From: Escherichia coli
GTDB lineage: Bacteria; Pseudomonadota; Gammaproteobacteria; Enterobacterales; Enterobacteriaceae
Strand: one strand, 5' to 3'
Length of the DNA: 64,000 nt
Assembly: GCF_044647545.1 (NCBI RefSeq)
Contig: NZ_CP172818.1
Part shown: positions 58,675-64,000 of the stretch, one piece after another
Position numbering within the stretch: position 1 is the stretch's first letter
How the letters are laid out: the number at the start of each line of letters is the position of its first letter
The notes under the pieces: model-generated
Seen by the model: the letters and a program-made list of their open reading frames with translations, nothing else
What the model was told of the DNA's origin: nothing
Databases searched by the model: none
Program-made: the position numbers and the translations under genes

Positions 58675-59157
58675 ATGACGAAGAAAAAAGCACATAAACC
58701 TGGTTCAGCGACCATCGCGCTTAACAAGCGCGCCCGGCACGAATACTTTATCGAAGAAGAGTTCGAGGCGGGACTTGCCCTGCAAGGCTGGGAGGTTAAA
58801 TCCCTGCGCGCAGGAAAAGCCAATATCAGCGACAGCTACGTCCTTCTGCGTGACGGAGAGGCATTTCTGTTTGGCGCTAACATCACGCCAATGGCTGTGG
58901 CCTCCACGCATGTGGTGTGCGATCCTACCCGTACCCGCAAGTTACTTCTCAACCAGCGCGAACTGGACTCATTGTACGGTCGCGTCAATCGAGAAGGCTA
59001 TACCGTAGTGGCGCTCTCCCTGTACTGGAAAAATGCCTGGTGCAAAGTGAAAATCGGCGTCGCCAAAGGTAAGAAACAGCATGATAAACGTTCAGATATC
59101 AAAGAACGCGAATGGCAGGTGGATAAAGCGCGTATCATGAAAAACGCCCACCGTTAA
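58675..59157 (+). CDS. smpB: SsrA-binding protein SmpB
   Basis: Track ORF 160 aa. Confidence 0.95.
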
Positions 59158-59371
59158 ACCTGCACTGCAATTATTGATCCGCTCCTCACCGCGCCTCCCT
59201 CTCCGGCGGCGCGAATGCACATCTTATTGGCTATCACATCCGACCCAAATGTTGCCATCCCATTGCTTAATCGAATAAAAATCAGGCTACATGGGTGCTA
59301 AATCTTTAACGATAACGCCATTGAGGCTGGTCATGGCACTCATGAATCTGGTATACTTACCGTTACACATT

Positions 59372-59734
59372 GGGGCTGATTCTGGATTCGACGGGATTTG
59401 CGAAACCCAAGGTGCATGCCGAGGGGCGGTTGGCCTCGTAAAAAGCCGCAAAAAATAGTCGCAAACGACGAAAACTACGCTTTAGCAGCTTAATAACCTG
59501 CTTAGAGCCCTCTCTCCCTAGCCTCCGCTCTTAGGACGGGGATCAAGAGAGGTCAAACCCAAAAGAGATCGCGTGGAAGCCCTGCCTGGGGTTGAAGCGT
59601 TAAAACTTAATCAGGCTAGTTTGTTAGTGGCGTGTCCGTCCGCAGCTGGCAAGCGAATGTAAAGACTGACTAAGCATGTAGTACCGAGGACGTAGGAATT
59701 TCGGACGCGGGTTCAACTCCCGCCAGCTCCACCA
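59372..59734 (+). ncRNA. ssrA: Transfer-messenger RNA (tmRNA)
   Basis: 363 nt from GGGGCTGATTCTGGATTCGACGGG to GGGTTCAACTCCCGCCAGCTCCACCA; internal frame GCAAACGACGAAAACTACGCTTTAGCAGCTTAA encodes tag ANDENYALAA; TATACT -10-like hexamer upstream. Confidence 0.97.
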
Positions 59735-59781
59735 AAATTCTCCATCGGTGATTACCAGAGTCATCCGATGAAGTCCTAAGA

Positions 59782-59813
59782 GCCCGCACGGCGCAAGCCC
59801 TGCGGGCTTTTTT
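59782..59813 (+). terminator. Rho-independent terminator after ssrA
   Basis: Stem AAGCCC / GGGCTT with 3-nt loop (within a larger GCCCGCA / TGCGGGC repeat) followed by TTTTT. Confidence 0.65.
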
Positions 59814-59868
59814 GTGCCCTCAATTTGTCCCGCGAAGTCCGAAGAGAACTAATTAAATCCGAACCTTT

Positions 59869-59919
59869 TAGGCCCATTGATAGGCCCAACGAAAAGCTCT
59901 ATTGTTTACGTTGGGCCTA
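59869..59919 (+). promoter_or_regulatory. Repeat cluster upstream of intA (candidate Int/regulator binding sites)
   Basis: Two direct copies of TAGGCCCA (59869, 59881) and a perfect 10-bp inverted repeat TAGGCCCAAC...GTTGGGCCTA (59881..59890 and 59910..59919), 19-57 bp upstream of intA ATG. Confidence 0.4.
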
Positions 59920-59937
59920 AACGCAGGGAGACTCCCC

Positions 59938-61179
59938 ATGGCAAGAAAAACCAAGCCGTTAACTGATACGGAAATCAAAGCCGCCAAACCTAAAGATGCC
60001 GATTACCAGCTTTATGACGGTGACGGGCTTACTCTGTTAATCAAGTCCAGTGGCAGTAAGCTTTGGCAATTCCGTTACTATCGGCCTTTGACCAAGCAGC
60101 GAACCAAACAGAGCTTCGGTGCCTATCCTGCCGTCTCGCTTTCTGATGCACGTAAACTCAGAGCCGAATCTAAAGTTTTATTGGCGAAAGACATTGATCC
60201 TCAGGAACATCAGAAAGAACAGGTGAGGAATTCTCAAGAGGCCAAAACCAATACCTTCTTGTTAGTTGCCGAGCGTTGGTGGAATGTGAAGAAAACCAGC
60301 GTAACAGAGGACTATGCCGACGATATCTGGCGCTCGCTTGAGAGAGATATTTTCCCGGCAATCGGTGATATCAGTATCACTGAGATTAAGGCTCATACTC
60401 TGGTTAAAGCAGTTCAGCCGGTTCAGGCCAGAGGTGCATTAGAGACTGTTCGCCGCCTTTGTCAGCGTATTAACGAAGTCATGATTTATGCGCAGAACAC
60501 AGGCCTGATTGATGCTGTTCCTAGTGTAAATATCGGAAAAGCTTTCGAGAAACCGCAAAAGAAAAACATGCCAAGCATCCGGCCGGATCAACTTCCGCAG
60601 CTAATGCACACCATGCGTACGGCAAGTATCAGCATGTCCACAAGATGCCTGTTCATGTGGCAACTTCTAACCATCACCCGCCCTGCCGAAGCTGCTGAGG
60701 CTCGATGGGATGAGATCGATTTCAATGCTAGCGAATGGAAAATTCCTGCAGCTCGAATGAAGATGAACCGGGACCATACGGTTCCACTATCTGATGGGGC
60801 TCTTGCTATTCTGGAAATGATGAAGCCTCTCAGTGGTGGCCGAGAATTTATCTTTCCTAGCCGTATCAAGCCCAACCAACCAATGAATAGCCAAACAGTG
60901 AATGCAGCACTCAAGCGTGCTGGCTTAGGAGGTGTACTTGTTTCACACGGCTTGCGTTCTATCGCCAGTACGGCACTCAATGAGGAAGGATTTCCACCTG
61001 ATGTCATTGAAGCAGCGCTTGCTCATGTAGACAAAAATGAGGTGCGTCGCGCTTATAACCGCAGTGATTATCTTGAGCAACGTCGTCCGATGATGCAATG
61101 GTGGGCTGATCTCGTAAAAGCAGCAGATAGTGGTAGCATCGTTTTAACTCATTTGAGCAAAATTCGTCTTGTCGGATAA
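59938..61179 (+). CDS. intA: Tyrosine-type prophage integrase
   Basis: Track ORF 59902..61179; ATG at 59938 preceded by GGGAG gives 413 aa; catalytic-region motifs HGLRS and RAYNRSDY. Confidence 0.92.
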   Translation: MARKTKPLTDTEIKAAKPKDADYQLYDGDGLTLLIKSSGSKLWQFRYYRPLTKQRTKQSFGAYPAVSLSDARKLRAESKVLLAKDIDPQEHQKEQVRNSQEAKTNTFLLVAERWWNVKKTSVTEDYADDIWRSLERDIFPAIGDISITEIKAHTLVKAVQPVQARGALETVRRLCQRINEVMIYAQNTGLIDAVPSVNIGKAFEKPQKKNMPSIRPDQLPQLMHTMRTASISMSTRCLFMWQLLTITRPAEAAEARWDEIDFNASEWKIPAARMKMNRDHTVPLSDGALAILEMMKPLSGGREFIFPSRIKPNQPMNSQTVNAALKRAGLGGVLVSHGLRSIASTALNEEGFPPDVIEAALAHVDKNEVRRAYNRSDYLEQRRPMMQWWADLVKAADSGSIVLTHLSKIRLVG

Positions 61180-61186
61180 AATATTT

Positions 61187-61216
61187 ATCAGCCCAGCTCT
61201 CTGGGCTGATATTTCT
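61187..61216 (+). terminator. Stem-loop terminator after intA
   Basis: Perfect 10-bp stem ATCAGCCCAG / CTGGGCTGAT with 4-nt loop, AT-rich flanks, 8 nt past intA stop. Confidence 0.6.
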
Positions 61217-61304
61217 AAAAGATCGCACTAAATAGCTACGCGGAATAGTGCTCTACTTTCGTTTAGCCCTTTCAGAGGTAAGACATTAGGGCAATTTCAC
61301 TGTA

Positions 61305-61318
61305 TGACTGCGCAGTCA
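61305..61318. repeat. Perfect 14-bp palindrome TGACTGCGCAGTCA
   Basis: Self-complementary 14-mer in the intA-yfjH intergenic region; possible operator or part of the yfjH 3' structure. Confidence 0.4.
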
Positions 61319-61422
61319 TCGAGTCTGTGGGGTGTTGCTCCTTTTGCAACGTATCACTTGTCAATAAATAGAAAGTGTAGATGTATTAGGCGCAGCTATT
61401 TAGTCTATATGGCAAGTAGTAA

Positions 61423-62379
61423 TTATTTACTTCTTTTTTTTCTACGAACAGCGCTATCGAAAGCTTGTTTTACATCTTCATTTTTTAAAGACCATTGATT
61501 TAAAATAGTATCAACCAAAGCATCTTGACTCATTGTTGCTACACGATATTTTTTATTTTGATTATTTATCTCAAACTCTGACATTTGAATAAAATCCCAT
61601 AGCGGTTCGATAAGTTCATTAACTGCTACAACCTTATTTTTCCACCCATCATTCGGAACAGAGTCATTAATTAGCTCAACCAACTTCAGTTGAATGATAT
61701 GGTACACTTCCGCTTTGCTTTTGCCACCCTTCTTTCCTGCACTCCGCCTGACTTCTGATAATTTTTTTTGATTACAAACAGAGATGTTAAACCAAGTCAT
61801 ACCTATGCACTTATCAAATAACTCCGCAGCCCGATGAAATGCTTTAAAGGCAACGTTTTCATTTTCAGACATGATAGATTTTCCCCAGAAAAAAGAGATT
61901 GAGGCGAACATAAGGTGTGCCTTGAAAATGTCATTAATGGAAAATGGCTCGATAACAAGAGGTAAAAACGTTTCCTTGGTAAGGTTTGAACTTAGATTTT
62001 TCCAGCATTCTTGAGCTGGATCATATAATTCAGTGTATTCTTCCTTTATCTCCAGTTGCCCATTCACTGTATGGTGCCTTGTTTCCCATGGTACATCGCA
62101 GGAATATAACCTCACACGAGTACCTATTTTCTCAGAGCTCCAGAATTGCTCTCGCATTCTGCCTAGCTCAATCCGTATTTCCGGATGATCTTCCTCTAGA
62201 ACATCAGTATCCACCGCCCATTCGCATTCGGACATGTGATAGGCGAGATCACGTCGTTTTCTACAAATTTGTTCATAAAAATCATTCAGAGAAATCATAA
62301 AACCACCATAAATCAATGTATTAGAGGTTGTAAAAATTGTATTTTTGGTACATGGGTTTTTTGCCTTAAAGATACCCAT
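61423..62379 (-). CDS. yfjH: Uncharacterized prophage protein, AT-rich orphan gene adjacent to integrase
   Basis: Track ORF 61423..62499; internal Met at 62379 gives 318 aa and avoids overlap with alpA; strongly AT-rich; no motif I can assign. Confidence 0.6.
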   Translation of the reverse strand: MGIFKAKNPCTKNTIFTTSNTLIYGGFMISLNDFYEQICRKRRDLAYHMSECEWAVDTDVLEEDHPEIRIELGRMREQFWSSEKIGTRVRLYSCDVPWETRHHTVNGQLEIKEEYTELYDPAQECWKNLSSNLTKETFLPLVIEPFSINDIFKAHLMFASISFFWGKSIMSENENVAFKAFHRAAELFDKCIGMTWFNISVCNQKKLSEVRRSAGKKGGKSKAEVYHIIQLKLVELINDSVPNDGWKNKVVAVNELIEPLWDFIQMSEFEINNQNKKYRVATMSQDALVDTILNQWSLKNEDVKQAFDSAVRRKKRSK

Positions 62380-62422
62380 TAATCTCTCTGCAACCAAAGT
62401 GAACCAATGAGAGGCAACAAGA

Positions 62423-62635
62423 ATGAACAATCGATCGGCCGTTAGAATACTACGGTTACCAGCGGTTATCCAAAAAACAGGTATGGCACGGGCCACCATC
62501 TATGACTGGTTGAACCCCAAATCACCACGATACGATGCCACCTTTCCCAAAAAGCGAATGCTCGGCGTGAAATCTGTCGGATGGATTGAGGCCGAGATTG
62601 ATGAGTGGTTATCACAACGCTGTAAACTTATTTGA
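62423..62635 (+). CDS. alpA: AlpA-family prophage transcriptional regulator / excisionase-like protein
   Basis: Track ORF 70 aa beginning MNNRSAVRILRLPAVIQKTGMARATIYDW; GAGG ribosome-binding site upstream. Confidence 0.85.
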   Translation: MNNRSAVRILRLPAVIQKTGMARATIYDWLNPKSPRYDATFPKKRMLGVKSVGWIEAEIDEWLSQRCKLI

Positions 62636-62763
62636 GGGTGTTACATGAATTCATACTCAATTGCTGTCATCGGAGTGTAAACATCCTGCTATTTCCGCCA
62701 TTAATAGCGGAATAGCCATATTTGCTAAACAATTTCTTAATTTAATTAAATAAGAGGCATTGC

Positions 62764-64000
62764 ATGTTCAATGGTCGTCCTTTCCCTGTAGATGCATTTC
62801 CTAAAATTATCAGGAATGCAATTTATGAAGTGGAACAGCATACGCAGGCCCCTCAAGGTTTGATTGCTGCTTCTGCTCTTGGGGTAATTTCTCTTGCCTG
62901 TCAGAACCGGATTGATGTTTGCCGATTGAATAATCTACGTGGCCCGGTATCACTTTTCTTAATGACTCTGGCTGAATCAGGTGAACGTAAGAGTACGGTT
63001 GATAAACTGCTGATGAAGCCATTATATCAACTGGAAGAGGATTTATTTGAAAAATACACCCACGATCTTACCGCATGGAGAAATGATGAAGCAATTTTTA
63101 ATATTGAAAAAAAAGCACTGATGTCAAAACTTAAATCAGATATTCGACGTAACAAAGATCACTTGGCAACAAATGAAAGACTTAAAGAACTACTTACGAC
63201 AAACCCGAAAGCTCCAGTGAGATTCAAATTTTTATTTAACGATGCCACACCTGCAGCTATTAAAGCTCATCTCTGTGGGCACTGGCGATCAGTCGGCATC
63301 ATGTCTGATGAAGCTGGGATCATTTTTAATGGTTACACACTTAACGAGCTGCCGTTTATCAATAAGATGTGGGATGGTTCAATATTTACGGTGGAAAGGA
63401 AAAACGAGCCCGAGAAATTAATTAGAGATGCAAGAATAACACTGTCGCTGATGGTCCAGCCTAATGTTTTTAAGGGTTATATCGACAGGAAAGGAGATAT
63501 GGCAAAGGGGATTGGATTTTTTGCACGGTGCCTCATGTGCCAGCCTGCTTCAACACAAGGTAACAGAAAAATTTCCAACCCAATTTTTTCAAATGAACAT
63601 TTGCCGGTATTTCACCAACGTCTTATGGAAATTGTTAATGAGAGCATCATTAAAATTAATGAAAATAATCGCATCTGCCTCCGATTCTCTGCAGAAGCAG
63701 AAAGACATTGGATCGAATTCTACAACCAGGTCGAGTCAGAAATGAGAATGATTGGCCTTCTTTATGATTTTAAGGATTATGCTTCTAAAATGGCGGAGAA
63801 CATGGCGAGGCTTGCTGCCTTACTTCATTACTTCAGCGGTGATGGAGGCGATATATCTGTTACCGCAGTAAAAGCAGCAGTGGAGATAGTGGCTTGGTAT
63901 ATTGAAGAATACATCCGCTTGTTCTCTAAAAAAGAAGAGTTTTCTTTAGATGTTTCAGAAGCAGATGAGCTTTATTGTTGGATAAAAGATTACTGCACGC
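62764..64000 (+). CDS. yfjI: Uncharacterized prophage protein (DUF3987-like by recollection), 3' end beyond window
   Basis: Hand translation from ATG 62764 (AGAGG 7 nt upstream) is open to the window end (412 codons) beginning MFNGRPFPVDAFPKIIRNAIYEVEQHTQAPQGL; absent from ORF track because no stop lies in the window. Confidence 0.7.
   Translation, partial: MFNGRPFPVDAFPKIIRNAIYEVEQHTQAPQGLIAASALGVISLACQNRIDVCRLNNLRGPVSLFLMTLAESGERKSTVDKLLMKPLYQLEEDLFEKYTHDLTAWRNDEAIFNIEKKALMSKLKSDIRRNKDHLATNERLKELLTTNPKAPVRFKFLFNDATPAAIKAHLCGHWRSVGIMSDEAGIIFNGYTLNELPFINKMWDGSIFTVERKNEPEKLIRDARITLSLMVQPNVFKGYIDRKGDMAKGIGFFARCLMCQPASTQGNRKISNPIFSNEHLPVFHQRLMEIVNESIIKINENNRICLRFSAEAERHWIEFYNQVESEMRMIGLLYDFKDYASKMAENMARLAALLHYFSGDGGDISVTAVKAAVEIVAWYIEEYIRLFSKKEEFSLDVSEADELYCWIKDYCT

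Larger units (their letters stand above)
59700..64000 (+). mobile_element. Left arm of P4-family cryptic prophage (CP4-57-like) integrated at the 3' end of ssrA; continues beyond window
   Basis: Integrase directly downstream of tmRNA, AlpA-type regulator, AT-rich orphan ORFs; left boundary approximate; right end and attR are outside the window. Confidence 0.75.

Noticed and set aside
59321-59357. Full sigma-70 promoter for ssrA
   Set aside because: A TATACT -10-like hexamer is present but the nearest TTGAGG -35-like hexamer is 25 bp away; not annotated as a separate feature.
61304-61498. 64-aa plus-strand ORF starting inside the 14-bp palindrome and overlapping the yfjH 3' end
   Set aside because: No ribosome-binding site; overlaps yfjH on the opposite strand; the palindrome is more likely a regulatory or structural element.
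62380-62499. N-terminal extension of the yfjH track ORF (358 aa)
   Set aside because: Extension would overlap the alpA start on the opposite strand; the internal Met at 62379 gives the 318-aa product.
62648-62684. 11-codon ORF (MNSYSIAVIGV) between alpA and yfjI
   Set aside because: No clear ribosome-binding site; too short to support without expression data.

Overview
This 64 kb window matches, gene for gene, the Escherichia coli K-12 chromosome from mltF through the ssrA-linked CP4-57 cryptic prophage (about 2.70-2.76 Mb), and I did not find a convincing previously undescribed system. Identification rests on my recognition of individual protein and RNA sequences and motifs; no database search was run. 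About 59.7 kb is densely packed core genome: the rpoE-rseABC and lepAB-rnc-era-recO-pdxJ-acpS operons, a complete rrnG-type rRNA operon on the minus strand (16S, tRNA-Glu, 23S, 5S with P1/P2 promoters and terminator), the heat-shock genes clpB and grpE, pheLA and tyrA-aroF, the yfiR-dgcN-yfiB c-di-GMP module, the rpsP-rimM-trmD-rplS operon, ffh, recN, smpB and the tmRNA gene ssrA. The last 4.3 kb is the left arm of a P4-family prophage inserted at the 3' end of ssrA (intA, yfjH, alpA, and a yfjI ORF that runs off the window and is absent from the ORF track). The best candidate for something new is the AT-rich, integrase-adjacent orphan gene yfjH, but that is a hypothesis from position and composition only. 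Other features the ORF track misses are the 26-codon type I toxin shoB, the pheL leader peptide and all RNA genes; several ORF-track starts were corrected to internal start codons by length and ribosome-binding-site spacing.
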